Positions 1-10,100 of a DNA stretch of 55,693 nt are shown one piece after another (the first letter of the stretch is position 1; each line of letters begins with the position of its first letter). Source of the stretch: a virus (taxonomy: Duplodnaviria > Caudoviricetes); the IMG/VR virus record IMGVR_UViG_3300049926_000024, positions 1-55,693 of that record; one strand, written 5' to 3'. The notes under the pieces were generated by a model, which did not search any database, was not told the origin of the DNA, and saw only the letters and a program-made list of their open reading frames with translations. The position numbers and the translations under genes are program-made.

Positions 1-127
1 ACATGTCAAGCGTCCCCATGCTGCGAAGCACAATATCCCGCATATCCGGCGGAACAATGTGCGTAAGAATATACCACTGGATAACCATGTAGCCGGAAAC
101 GATAAGCGCAGCCAGTACGCGGGGCGT
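1..127. repeat. Terminal overlap identical to 55567-55693 (circular assembly overlap)
   Basis: ACATGTCAAGCG...GGGGCGT is identical at both ends; 127 nt matches a common assembler k-mer; the holin reads in frame across the join. Confidence 0.95.
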
Positions 128-418
128 GTGGTCATTCGTGGAAACTTCCCGTTGACGTGCGCTATTCCTGTCGTCGGCGTGGATTTTCTCCAGGTCAATA
201 TTATTTTGTTCCAGGGTCTTCTGGAAGTCGATTTCTGCAAGTCGAATTTTGGTAAGGGCTTCCGGGTCAGAAATGGCCGCCGTAATAGCTGATTCACTAC
301 TCCCTGGCTCTAGGCCTAATGCCCTGCAAAGAACACCCGCAGCCATGCCGCCAAGTGGTCCGCCTAATGCTGTCCCAATGGTCGGGGCAAGTGCTGCTAC
401 TGTCTGTTTCCAGTCCAT
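1..418 (-). CDS. Holin-like membrane protein, N-terminal part (continues 55566 to 55484; 166 aa in total)
   Basis: Manual translation MDWKQTVAALAPTIGTALGGPLGG...DRNSARQRE...LTYYFGSSAGSAKK; hydrophobic segments and the YYFGSS ending typical of GTA/3TM-type holins; ATGA overlap with the endolysin. Absent from the ORF track because it spans the join. Confidence 0.8.
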   Translation of the reverse strand, partial: MDWKQTVAALAPTIGTALGGPLGGMAAGVLCRALGLEPGSSESAITAAISDPEALTKIRLAEIDFQKTLEQNNIDLEKIHADDRNSARQREVSTNDHTPRVLAALIVSGYMVIQWYILTHIVPPDMRDIVLRSMGTLDM

Positions 419-810
419 TTGTTCCCCTCCTGACGCTCAAACGTCGGAATATGTGAAATAGTGTCGTAAATCTTGGCCACACCCACCGCAACGCTGCAAG
501 CTACGGTAACAGTGGCGGCCAATGCCACGAAGTAGGTTTTCCAGGTAAGTTGCTTGTCTTCGATACTTTTTAGCCTGTTATCATGGTCAGTAAGCTTTTT
601 ACGCATTTCGATTTTGTGCGCTTCGTGGTCAGTGCTAAGATGCTCAAACAACTTTAGCATATGCTTTGACTGCTCCTTAATAACCGTGATGTCGTCGCGC
701 ATATCTCCCACCTTATCGTACACCTGGCGTAATTCCTTCCTAACTTCGTCAAGTCCATCTTCTACCCGTTGCAGAAGCATTGATTCAGCGGTTGTTATAG
801 TATCTTTCAT
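397..810 (-). CDS. Coiled-coil protein with C-terminal transmembrane helix (lysis cassette accessory)
   Basis: Heptad-like N-terminal region, then YFVALAATVTVACSVAVGV; lies directly upstream of the holin. Confidence 0.6.
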   Translation of the reverse strand: MKDTITTAESMLLQRVEDGLDEVRKELRQVYDKVGDMRDDITVIKEQSKHMLKLFEHLSTDHEAHKIEMRKKLTDHDNRLKSIEDKQLTWKTYFVALAATVTVACSVAVGVAKIYDTISHIPTFERQEGNKWTGNRQ

Positions 811-825
811 GATAGCACGTTCAAG

Positions 826-841
826 GTTAATAAATCGTTAA
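826..841 (-). promoter_or_regulatory. Candidate CtrA-binding site
   Basis: Minus strand reads TTAA-CGATTTA-TTAAC, the TTAA-N7-TTAAC consensus, in the short gap before the lysis genes. Confidence 0.4.
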
Positions 842-847
842 TACGCT

Positions 848-1438
848 CTAAAAAGATAGAGCAGTTGCAAGCCCGATAATGTCGCCATAGGTGAATTCGC
901 ATATACGAATTCTTTTACTTTCGTCAGGTATGTAGTAGCTTGACCAGTAAACAACCCCCATCAGTAGAACAAGTAGCCCACTGGCAAGCGGCTGTATAAC
1001 GTTCAACCCGTAAAATGAGTTTAACACAGCGTAGAAAATAAATAAACCATAAAAGAATGTACTGCGTAGAGTCATTCCGATAAAGCCGAACTTCCGGTTG
1101 TCCCCTACGGTTCCGTCTTTTTTGCAGAAACTATCCGCCATTTTGTCGATGAAAACAATTTCCTGTTCCCCGGCAATTCGCCTGCCGGTGACGCATGCAA
1201 AATAAAGCCCCCACCCCGGAGCAAGTGCCGCCCAGAACAGCGGAAACGTTCCGCAGGCCACGTATAACCAGTAAAAGGGTTTGTCGTGGTGCGTGATAAA
1301 AACATAGCCGCCGGTTGCCAGGGCTGACAGGAAAGAGGAAGTTACCCTGTTGAACCAGAATAGCGCACCGCTTCCACGGATTGCGTGGAAGGTGGCATAA
1401 AGAAGAATTAATGGAATAGCATACATTTCATTACTCAA
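848..1438 (-). CDS. Multi-pass membrane protein, hypothetical
   Basis: 196 aa with several hydrophobic stretches; start overlaps the upstream stop. Confidence 0.65.
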   Translation of the reverse strand: MSNEMYAIPLILLYATFHAIRGSGALFWFNRVTSSFLSALATGGYVFITHHDKPFYWLYVACGTFPLFWAALAPGWGLYFACVTGRRIAGEQEIVFIDKMADSFCKKDGTVGDNRKFGFIGMTLRSTFFYGLFIFYAVLNSFYGLNVIQPLASGLLVLLMGVVYWSSYYIPDESKRIRICEFTYGDIIGLATALSF

Positions 1439-2027
1439 AACTTATAGTGTAATTGATAATATCCAAAGCAGTAGAAAGCTGTTCGATTTCTTTTTTAATA
1501 GCAAAGGATTTAGTGTATAGGTCGCTGCAATACTGCCCCGCCCCGATAACAAGCTGCTGGAACGTCAGGAAGTCCATAGGGGTGACTTCGTCTTCTCCTA
1601 TTGCTTTCCATCCAAAATCAACGGGGAAAACGTAGGCAGGGTCAAGCGATTGCTGGGCTTGAAAGCCTAAGTATTGAATCATCATGTTTGTTTTTGCTTC
1701 AGGGATGCAGGAAAACATTTTTCCGCCGAAACTATAGCCTGAATTCAGTAATAGAAGGCGTTTTGCTTCCACTTCCAGCTTACGTTTAGCCTGGAGATTG
1801 AGCAAAGGAATATCTTCAACACAGAAGCACCTTAACACCCGGTCTTCTGCAATGGTGTATCTGTCCTGAGCATTAACCGGGGAAGCCGGAGGAATGACAG
1901 TTTGATAACGTGCATCATAAGAGGGTATATCGTCATAAACAGGAAGATAAATAACCCCCTCCTGGGCGGTCATTGGTATGCTTCCATAGAGATTTAAAAC
2001 TGTGGTGTCTTGAACTGCTGCAAACAT
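1431..2027 (-). CDS. Tail fibre-associated/assembly protein (DUF4376-like C-terminus)
   Basis: Follows the fibre gene; GYSFGGKMF...WKAIGEDEVTPMD...IKKEIEQLST pattern. Confidence 0.6.
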   Translation of the reverse strand: MFAAVQDTTVLNLYGSIPMTAQEGVIYLPVYDDIPSYDARYQTVIPPASPVNAQDRYTIAEDRVLRCFCVEDIPLLNLQAKRKLEVEAKRLLLLNSGYSFGGKMFSCIPEAKTNMMIQYLGFQAQQSLDPAYVFPVDFGWKAIGEDEVTPMDFLTFQQLVIGAGQYCSDLYTKSFAIKKEIEQLSTALDIINYTISFE

Positions 2028-2028
2028 G

Positions 2029-4227
2029 TCAACCTGCTCCCATACTTGTTACTGCGTTTGTGCTAAACCCTGTAGTTGCTGTTTGAGTGATAGCTAAACC
2101 GTCCGTGGTGTAACCAAGCTTTCCAGCGTCTGAACCTAGCCAGAAATTACTGTTTAAATATTTTAAGAAACGTATCTGAGTACCGCTCATGAAATTACTG
2201 CCTGAAGCTATTTTAGTCCAGGTTGCCCCGTGGTCGGTTGACCTGGCTATGTCCCCTGTATCTGTTGCCGCAAGAATTACGGTGCTGCCATTCGTCGCAA
2301 TGTCCACAATATTCCCCGTCATACCTGCGGTAGTGAAGAATGCTGTGGTGCGTGAAGTGTATGTTCCTGCTATTGTCGTGGCTGTCGATAGTGAACCCGC
2401 AGTCCAGAACAAATACCCTGTTCCGTCCCACAAACCGCCCTGCATAATAGCAGAAGCAAGGTTACTTGTAATAGAGGTCAGTGCGGTTGCTGAAACGGAG
2501 GTTTTATAGCCTAAGTTTCCGGTAGTCCCGCTGACTACGAAGTTCCCATTTACCACACAGCACGAAGAACTAACCGCAACACCTGTATGTGTCAACCCTG
2601 TGGTTGCAGTTGCTCCCCCGTCAGTAGTGTAACTGAACTGCCCCGCAATATTGGTATGCAGGACTAACGCATTATTAGCCTGTACCGCGATACCGTTACG
2701 CTGTTTAACAGAGTTCGCACCCATAGAAAGGTTAGCAAAAGCCGTGCCATTCGTGGAGATTTGAACGTTTGTAGACGCCGCAGCCCCGCAGTCTACCAGC
2801 ATGACATTCCCGTTGGAGAAGTTAAAAAACTTCACACCAACCAAATTTGTCGGCTGCGTAGCAAAGTTATTCCACCCACTAGCCCCTGTAGCAGCACTCC
2901 AGCTTGTCCCATTCGTGCTATATTGGATAGCCGTTGCCGGTGTACCAGTTCCGTTGTCATTGACCAGGAAGAACTTACTGAACACTGAAGAATAAATAAT
3001 GTCTACAACATTATCAGAACCGGCAGGCGTAGAAGCTGAAAAGGTTGCCCCGTCACTACTCTTATTTACCTTATTGGCTGCCCCACCCACAAGAAACAAA
3101 CCTGCGGTAGCTATGTTGCCGGTTGAACTCCCTGTGTTAGTACCTTCCACAGTGGCCACCACCGCAGTAGACGCGGCAACCTGTTTCAATCTCACAACAG
3201 TAATGCTATTTGCCTGAGTATTTAAGGAAGGCGGGGTACTTGAATTTGTTGTTCCACTCCATAAGGTGATAGTTCCATTTGTAGGCCAGGTGATAGTATA
3301 ACCACCGGTTCCATTCTGGCGAAGAATCAGGATGTATTCATTTTCCTTACCACTGGCAACAGTAGGAAGGGTGAAGGTGAACGTGCAGTTCGCCGTCAGT
3401 GTTATATCATGCGCCTTGTAGGCGGTGAAGTCCAGTGTTTGCGCGGTGCTTGAAGAAGCCACCGCATTATAGACGTAAACCCCTGACGCCCCTGAACCGG
3501 TGTTCAGAATCTGAATATTAGTGCCGTCCCATTCTGCAATGTACATGACCCCCGCAACAAATTCGCCGCCGGTAAGTGCCGCGCCGTTGACCCTGGCATT
3601 TTTTACACCAATACCGTCAACGTTGATTGTTACGGCTGTTGTGTTGGCAGAACCCGCAAGGAAGTAGATAGGTTGACCCACGGTAAGCGAACCAAGCGCA
3701 GGCGAACAGGTTAAAGTAAGTGCGTTCGCTGTTCCTCCCACCGTGGCGTATTTATGCGCGTCCGCCCCATTTGTTCCGTTAGTGCCGTTTGACCCATTGG
3801 AACCGGCTGCACCGGTCGCGCCGGTCGGACCTTTCAGGCCAGCAACGGCAACATTCCAGGAAGTAATTGTCCCGCTGCCGCCGGTGTCCCCTGAAGCAAC
3901 AGTCATGATTAGGGTCTTTGTGGCTGAAGTGTAGCTGGTAACCGTGCCGTACATATAATTTGCACTGTTTGACGTATCGGTAACCCGCACGACGTCCCCA
4001 GCCTGATAGGGCAGGTCAGTCACATTTACAAAGGTCTTTGTCCCCGTCCCCACAGCCACGGAAGAAACGCTGGTAGTCCGCATCTGCTTCCCAGCATCAG
4101 CGATAGCGTCACAAAGGGCGGCCTGCCAGCGCGGCAGGGAAACACCCGTTCCGCTGGTCACTGTGGTTTTATAACCATAGTCCAGGAAGTCCGTTTCGGG
4201 GTAGGATATACCGTTGTATGTTGGCAT
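2029..4227 (-). CDS. Tail fibre / receptor-binding protein
   Basis: 732 aa, Ser/Thr/Gly-rich; short collagen-like G-X-Y run (GLKGPTGATGAAGSNGSNGTNGTNG); C-terminal Asp-box/BNR-like repeats (SSDGATF, STNGTSW, STDHGATW). Confidence 0.8.
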   Translation of the reverse strand: MPTYNGISYPETDFLDYGYKTTVTSGTGVSLPRWQAALCDAIADAGKQMRTTSVSSVAVGTGTKTFVNVTDLPYQAGDVVRVTDTSNSANYMYGTVTSYTSATKTLIMTVASGDTGGSGTITSWNVAVAGLKGPTGATGAAGSNGSNGTNGTNGADAHKYATVGGTANALTLTCSPALGSLTVGQPIYFLAGSANTTAVTINVDGIGVKNARVNGAALTGGEFVAGVMYIAEWDGTNIQILNTGSGASGVYVYNAVASSSTAQTLDFTAYKAHDITLTANCTFTFTLPTVASGKENEYILILRQNGTGGYTITWPTNGTITLWSGTTNSSTPPSLNTQANSITVVRLKQVAASTAVVATVEGTNTGSSTGNIATAGLFLVGGAANKVNKSSDGATFSASTPAGSDNVVDIIYSSVFSKFFLVNDNGTGTPATAIQYSTNGTSWSAATGASGWNNFATQPTNLVGVKFFNFSNGNVMLVDCGAAASTNVQISTNGTAFANLSMGANSVKQRNGIAVQANNALVLHTNIAGQFSYTTDGGATATTGLTHTGVAVSSSCCVVNGNFVVSGTTGNLGYKTSVSATALTSITSNLASAIMQGGLWDGTGYLFWTAGSLSTATTIAGTYTSRTTAFFTTAGMTGNIVDIATNGSTVILAATDTGDIARSTDHGATWTKIASGSNFMSGTQIRFLKYLNSNFWLGSDAGKLGYTTDGLAITQTATTGFSTNAVTSMGAG

Positions 4228-5363
4228 TATGCAATTACCTCTTTAATTTCGTAGGCCGTTCCTGTCCTGTCCAGGGTCGGGTGTTTAATCGGTTGCAGCT
4301 TCGTCATGGTGGCCAGGATTGTCCGCCGGTGCAAGTTAGTAGTGTCTTCTGGGTCGTAAACAAAAACCATTTGTCCAGAAATATCCAGCTTGCGCTGCAT
4401 TTCGTAAACGTTGGCGTAAGCCTCATCTTCCGGTATATTATCAAAGTCGAAGGCGGCTACTCTTTCACCTGGGCGGCGTTCAAAAACGTCACTACTGCCT
4501 ATCGTCTTTTCCGCCTGGGTGTTTGACTGCCAGCCAAAAGTAACGCCGTAAAGAAAATTGACCGTCGTTTGCCAGCCCTGGGAAGCAAAAAACCTACCAA
4601 GCTTAATAAAGCCTGCGCTGTTTGTGGTATCGTCAATCTCGAACCGGATATAGCGGCCTGTAATAGGGGTCGTCGCAACATAAATGAAGGGGAACGACTG
4701 CCCCACAGCATCTTCACCATTGATTTTTCCGTCATAAAAAGAGGGGTTACCGTAAGGAATCGAACCGAAGGCGTAAACAACGCGCCATACGTCAAGGAAA
4801 CCAGTATCTAGGTTAGGGGTCGTAAAGTCCCCCGTCCGGCAAATAACAGGCGCGGCTGACGCAGCACTGGCCACCAGGTTAGGGGAAATATTTATGGATG
4901 CCGTTGAACCCGCCGTAATCGTGGCCGTGGTCCCCGCAGTGTATACCGTCGTGTCCCCTGTTACCGTGAAGCAGTCCCCGGTAGTGATTGTCTGGCTGGT
5001 AGTCCCTACGTTATGGAACACCAGCGCGGAAGCCGTCGGCGCGGTAAGGGCGTTCACCTGCATGTTACTGAATTTCGCGGTGTCTGTTGCCCGAATGCGA
5101 AGTTTTCCACTCCTGGAAATATTGTTCGCATAGAAGCAAAAAAGTTTTAGCGTCCTGGAAACACCCAGGTCCACGTCGCCCTTCGTGCTGGTCAGGGTGG
5201 CGTCCGTTGACTTGGAATAGTCAACTTCCAGGGAATCCAGGGCAAGGTTAGAGAGCGGGAAGGAAGCATTCCAGGAACCGTTTGAAAAAGCCACGCCATC
5301 GTAGCCAGTAGCCAGGTAGGTACTGTCAACGAAGTTCGGGAATGCTAAAATGCAGTTACTCAA
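4227..5363 (-). CDS. Tail tip protein
   Basis: 378 aa between tail genes; RYIRFEIDDTTNSAGFIKLGRFF pattern typical of siphovirus tip proteins. Confidence 0.6.
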   Translation of the reverse strand: MSNCILAFPNFVDSTYLATGYDGVAFSNGSWNASFPLSNLALDSLEVDYSKSTDATLTSTKGDVDLGVSRTLKLFCFYANNISRSGKLRIRATDTAKFSNMQVNALTAPTASALVFHNVGTTSQTITTGDCFTVTGDTTVYTAGTTATITAGSTASINISPNLVASAASAAPVICRTGDFTTPNLDTGFLDVWRVVYAFGSIPYGNPSFYDGKINGEDAVGQSFPFIYVATTPITGRYIRFEIDDTTNSAGFIKLGRFFASQGWQTTVNFLYGVTFGWQSNTQAEKTIGSSDVFERRPGERVAAFDFDNIPEDEAYANVYEMQRKLDISGQMVFVYDPEDTTNLHRRTILATMTKLQPIKHPTLDRTGTAYEIKEVIA

Positions 5364-5367
5364 AGGC

Positions 5368-7176
5368 CTAACCCCATAACGTTAAAACGTTTTTGTTTCC
5401 GTCGTAATCTTCTTCCATGTCAATGATTACAAATTTCTTGCCACCATTCCAATCATACGCCGGTAAGTCGATTGTGACAACAGAATTCAGGTCAAGCGTC
5501 AATGTGTATCTTGTTTCACACCTGATTTTTATTGTTTCCCGCTGCTTACCCAGGTTTCCGTAAAGGACTTCTACCCTGTCCGCTTCAGTCTGGGCGTCGG
5601 TTTCGGAAGTAAAGAGGCTGTAGAAAATCCAGGGAACCGCCAGTAAATACTTCGTCACCACGTCATTATTCACGGCAGATTTTGCATTCCGGTAATCAAG
5701 CGCGGCAAAACCCATGCGGGAAAGAGCGGCGGCAGAAATATCCGTGGTGCTTTGCACGGTGTAATTCTTCCGGTAGTTCATCACGCAGTAGGGCGGCGGG
5801 ATGCCGTCATTTGCATTATTGGAACTTACCCGTTCAACCCCGTTCAGGTTGTCAATAATCATGTATTTATTAAGGGTATAAACCGAAGTTCCCGCAGGCG
5901 AAGCCATTTGTGCAAGGCTGAAAGTCCCCGCTCTATTTTGGAAAATACCCGCGCTGCATGTGTTCAGCACTTCGTCAAGGACGTCCCCTACTGTTGCTTC
6001 GTCTGGTCCTATCCATATCCCGATTACTGCGGAATTCGCAGAATCCAGGGCTGTTATGCTGCTGGCAGAGAGGTCACCACTGGAAACGCCCGCAGGGTTC
6101 AGGATGAACCACTTTGCAATCTGCGCCACGGTGCGGGCGGCTGCGTTCGCCCCTTCGGTAGCGTCTACAGTAATTTGCTTTGTTACTGCCGTCCCCAGGC
6201 GGATATATGCCCCGTCAGAACTTGACCCTAGATACCAGTCATAGGTTCCGGCAGTAGTGGCCGCCGCTTGAAGAAGCGCAATGGAGGCGTAACCTGTCCC
6301 AGGAGTAACAGCAACGCCCCCATGATAAACGGCGTCGATACTGTTTATTAGCCTATAGCTGATTTCATAGGTCTGTTTTGACGTATTGACCAGCGGCGGG
6401 CTGATATTTTCCACCTTCCCTTTCAGTAATGGCTTAGGCCTTCCCTTCAAGTCACCGGCAACACCTTCCACCCCGGCAGGAAGGGAATTACTACCGTCAT
6501 AGCGGACTGCCTGAACGGGCTTATCAAAAATACTAGCCAGGCGGTCGTTGATATTGAAGGTTATCGTTCTCCAGGAATGTTCTACTGTACCACTCACGCC
6601 GCGAAGCAGGGTAGTCAGAGAAGCATAGAGGTCTGTTTGCTTGCCCTTCTTTATGTACGCATCACGGCCAGAAAAATCCCATTTCAGGGTCTTGTCGAAT
6701 TTCCTGTCCGCATTATTCACGGTCACCGTTCCATTTCCTACGGTAGCCCTGCCATACGTGGCCCCTGGACGGAAAAGGCTGCGGTCTAAGCTGCCCTTCT
6801 TCTGAATACGCCCGTAATATTTGGCATTGGCCGGGGTTTCAGAAGCCCCCGTAACATAGCCCTTCCCAGTGCAAACCCGGAATACGCCGGTCCCGCCAAT
6901 AGTCCAGGCTGCTTGTGTTCCACTTCCTGCGGTGGACGTGATATTCAAAACAAGGGTTTTCGTGGCCGAAGTATAGCTGGTTACCGTGCCGGTCATGGTG
7001 TTCGCGCCAGCACTATCCGCATTTGCAGCGGTTACCGTATTGCCTACTTCAAAAACAATGTCTTCCGTCAGCACAAACGTCTTCGTTCCCGTACCTACCG
7101 CCAGGCTGGTAGTGCTTAGGGCCTGGACGTAATAGGTGAACTCATAAAACAATATGTCCGCTACATCTGAAGTCAT
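5368..7176 (-). CDS. Tail tip / hub protein
   Basis: 602 aa directly after the tape measure; GDLKGRPKPLLKGKVENISPPLVN motif. Confidence 0.65.
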   Translation of the reverse strand: MTSDVADILFYEFTYYVQALSTTSLAVGTGTKTFVLTEDIVFEVGNTVTAANADSAGANTMTGTVTSYTSATKTLVLNITSTAGSGTQAAWTIGGTGVFRVCTGKGYVTGASETPANAKYYGRIQKKGSLDRSLFRPGATYGRATVGNGTVTVNNADRKFDKTLKWDFSGRDAYIKKGKQTDLYASLTTLLRGVSGTVEHSWRTITFNINDRLASIFDKPVQAVRYDGSNSLPAGVEGVAGDLKGRPKPLLKGKVENISPPLVNTSKQTYEISYRLINSIDAVYHGGVAVTPGTGYASIALLQAAATTAGTYDWYLGSSSDGAYIRLGTAVTKQITVDATEGANAAARTVAQIAKWFILNPAGVSSGDLSASSITALDSANSAVIGIWIGPDEATVGDVLDEVLNTCSAGIFQNRAGTFSLAQMASPAGTSVYTLNKYMIIDNLNGVERVSSNNANDGIPPPYCVMNYRKNYTVQSTTDISAAALSRMGFAALDYRNAKSAVNNDVVTKYLLAVPWIFYSLFTSETDAQTEADRVEVLYGNLGKQRETIKIRCETRYTLTLDLNSVVTIDLPAYDWNGGKKFVIIDMEEDYDGNKNVLTLWG

Positions 7177-10100
7177 GCTGTACCGTTCTTTTTGTAAGCC
7201 ATTTTACGGATATTGTCCGCGCTTTCATGTGTTCCGTCCTTGATTTCAGTAAGGACGTCATGCAGGATTTGAGTGCCGGAAACACTGATATTATTGCCCT
7301 TACGGATTTCCCCGATAAGTTCACGTACCGCAATCGTTAAATCATCCTGGCCGCCATTATTGCCGGTCAGCATGCGGCGGGTTTCGTGAGCATTTGACAC
7401 GTAGCGCGGCTTTTTATCCCATATCATTTCTGGGCCATTTTCACCGGCGATATACGGCGCAAGTGAAGGACTGTGTCCGCCCACTGCAAATTTTACAGGT
7501 GTCCCGCCTGCGGCCTGTACAAGCTGGTTGAATTCTGCGGCTGCCGTAGGGTTAGCCTTCGCGTAAGCATTCCAACCGCCAGAACCGAAAGTTCCGGTGT
7601 AGCCTGCCAGAGTGGCAAACGTCCAGTGTTGCCTGTAGCTTACTCCTGCCCCTGTCATAGCATTAAGGTCTACCGCCGCTCCAGCATTGCGTGAAGCAAG
7701 TGCAGTATCGGTAAGCGAAGCGGCACTAACCCCAACGCCACCACCGGCGGAAGTCGCAGGCTGTGCGCTGGTAGAGTTCTGGACAGCTTCCTTCACTTGG
7801 GACAGGAGGTCTACTTGTTGCTGAAGTAGGGTAATCTGCTGGTTAGCCGCTGTCAGTTGCTGGTCAGCAATATCCGCCTGCCTGTTCGCAAGGTCCCTGG
7901 TGCGCCCCAGGACGTCCTGAACCCTGTCGAAGTCGGCTACATACCCAGCGAACATGCCGTTGTAATCTTTTGAGGCAGAAAGAAGCTGCTTTGAAACGTC
8001 CGGCAGTTTGGCCAGCGCATCCTGGTCACCAAGCAAGGCGGCCTGTGAAACAGTGTTGAACTGGTCCTTCGCTATGCCGTAGCGATCTTCTGGAGAGTAA
8101 GGAGAAAGTGAACTGTCCGTAAGCAGGGAATCCTTCGCCGCCCCCAGCGTAGTTGCAAGCTGGCGGAAGCTATCGCGGGTCTGCTGCGCTGCTTTGGCCA
8201 GGTCAGTTTGTGCGCTAATCTGGTCATTAAGGTTTTGCGTCTGAAGGTCAAACAGTTTCACCTGGTCAGCAATAATTTGACCCGCTGAACGGACAATAGT
8301 GTTGTCGTTCGCTATGATAGTAGCCTGCTGATTCGCTGCATCCTTCAGAATTTTTGCAAGGTCCAGGTTATAAAGCTGGGCTACCAGTGCCAGGTCACCG
8401 CCTGAAGCAATTGCGTCCGAACGAATCGTAGCGAACTGCGCGTCTAATTGAGCAATAGCGTAGGCCGTCGGGTCAGTGATTTGCTGAATTTGTGACTTGA
8501 TAGACTGGTTGAAGTTTACCCCCACCTGCGCGGTAGCAACTTTTTCAGCCTGGTTCACTGTATCCAGGCTATAGCCCAGCACTTTAGCTGCTTCGCGTAA
8601 ATCGTCGAAGGTCGTATGAAGGTCTTTAAGCTGCTGCTGCAATGGAGAAAGTGCCGCCGCAGGGCTTAACACCGCATCAAAGAAGGCCTTCGTGGCGTTA
8701 GTTTCGTAGGTCTTATATTTGTCAATGCTGAGGCCTAACCGGTTTGTTTTTTCTTCGCCGTCGGCAAAGGTTGCCATGAGAGATTTAGCCGCAGTTTCAA
8801 ACTGGCCTACCACTTTAGGGGCTTTCTCCATGCTATCGAAGTTCACCGCAAAATTAAGGTCCGCAAGAACGTCTTCAGCTTTCCTTCCGTCGGTCTTGAT
8901 ATTATCAAGGGCAGTCGTCAGGCTCTTGTTCGCAATGTTAGCCCCTTTCGCAAGCTCAATACCCACCTGCGCGATAGCCAGGGAAACCGAATCTGTGTTA
9001 GACGGGTCGAAAGAAAACGACTTCGCAACGTCAGTTTGTAACCCTGAAGGTCCCAGCACTTGGTACTTGTTCCCCCGGACACTGTTGACGTCACCATAAA
9101 CGGCCTTCTGGGAAAGATTTATTCCCATGTCCGTAAAGCTCTTCAGCATCGTACTTAACCCGGTGGCCAAACTCTTAGCCGTGTCAATACTGCCCCTATC
9201 CTGGCCATAGGTCAGGTCGGTCAGTGTTCCGTCACCGCCTACATTCCCCTGGAATGCGCTGGCGTGTGTTTGTGGGTGACTTGGCCCCAGGCTTCCGGCA
9301 ATCGCACCAATGACGCCACCTACAACAGCACCCCACGGACCGGCAATAGCTGCCCCTGCCATTGCGCCCTTTGCGCCGCCCATAAGCGGCCCATCCTTAT
9401 GGCCACTCATAGAATCGCTGATTATGCTGTAGGCGGCAAGCGCAGCCCCAGCAATCGGTAACGCACTGCCCGCGAAGGACGACGCACCAGAAGCGGCGGA
9501 AGAACCTAACGCGCCAGCACCTGCGCCGAAGCTTTGGCCGCCTGCTGCGGCGAACTCTCCAGTAAGGCCTGAACCTACGCCGGAAATTCCTGAAGCACCT
9601 GCCCCGCCGAATGAACCAACAGAACCAAGTGACCCGAAGCCTTCAATCCCTGCGCCGAAGCTGGTAGCCCCGGTACTTGCCGCGCCACTGCCGAATAGCC
9701 CGCCAAGGCCTGACGCCGTGCCGGAAGCAGAAGCCGTGCTGCTACCAAACAGGGAGCTTAACATGCTTGTTCCACCACCACCGGAAAAGGAATTGTACAT
9801 TCCATAGGCCGTTTTAGCCTGGCCCAGTAATCCGAAGATATTAGCTGCGCCGCTGTTTTGCTGAACCCCTAAGCTACTCCCTACCTGATTCCCTACTTCC
9901 TGCCCCTGCATCATGTTTGCGGCACTCTGCATCAACGGCGCGATAAATTGGCTGGTTATCTGGGCGGCCAGGGCATTAGAAAGGGTCTTGATTAAGGTTT
10001 CCTTAATTGTGTCCACGAAGGCTTTAATCGGGTCTTTGCCCTTGCCGAAGCCGTCCTTGATTCCCTGTTCAATACTATCCGCCAGGCCGCGCTGAATATC

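Noticed and set aside
1-127. Biological direct terminal repeat
   Set aside because: The 127-nt length matches a typical assembly k-mer and the repeat falls in the middle of the holin gene, so it marks circularity rather than physical ends
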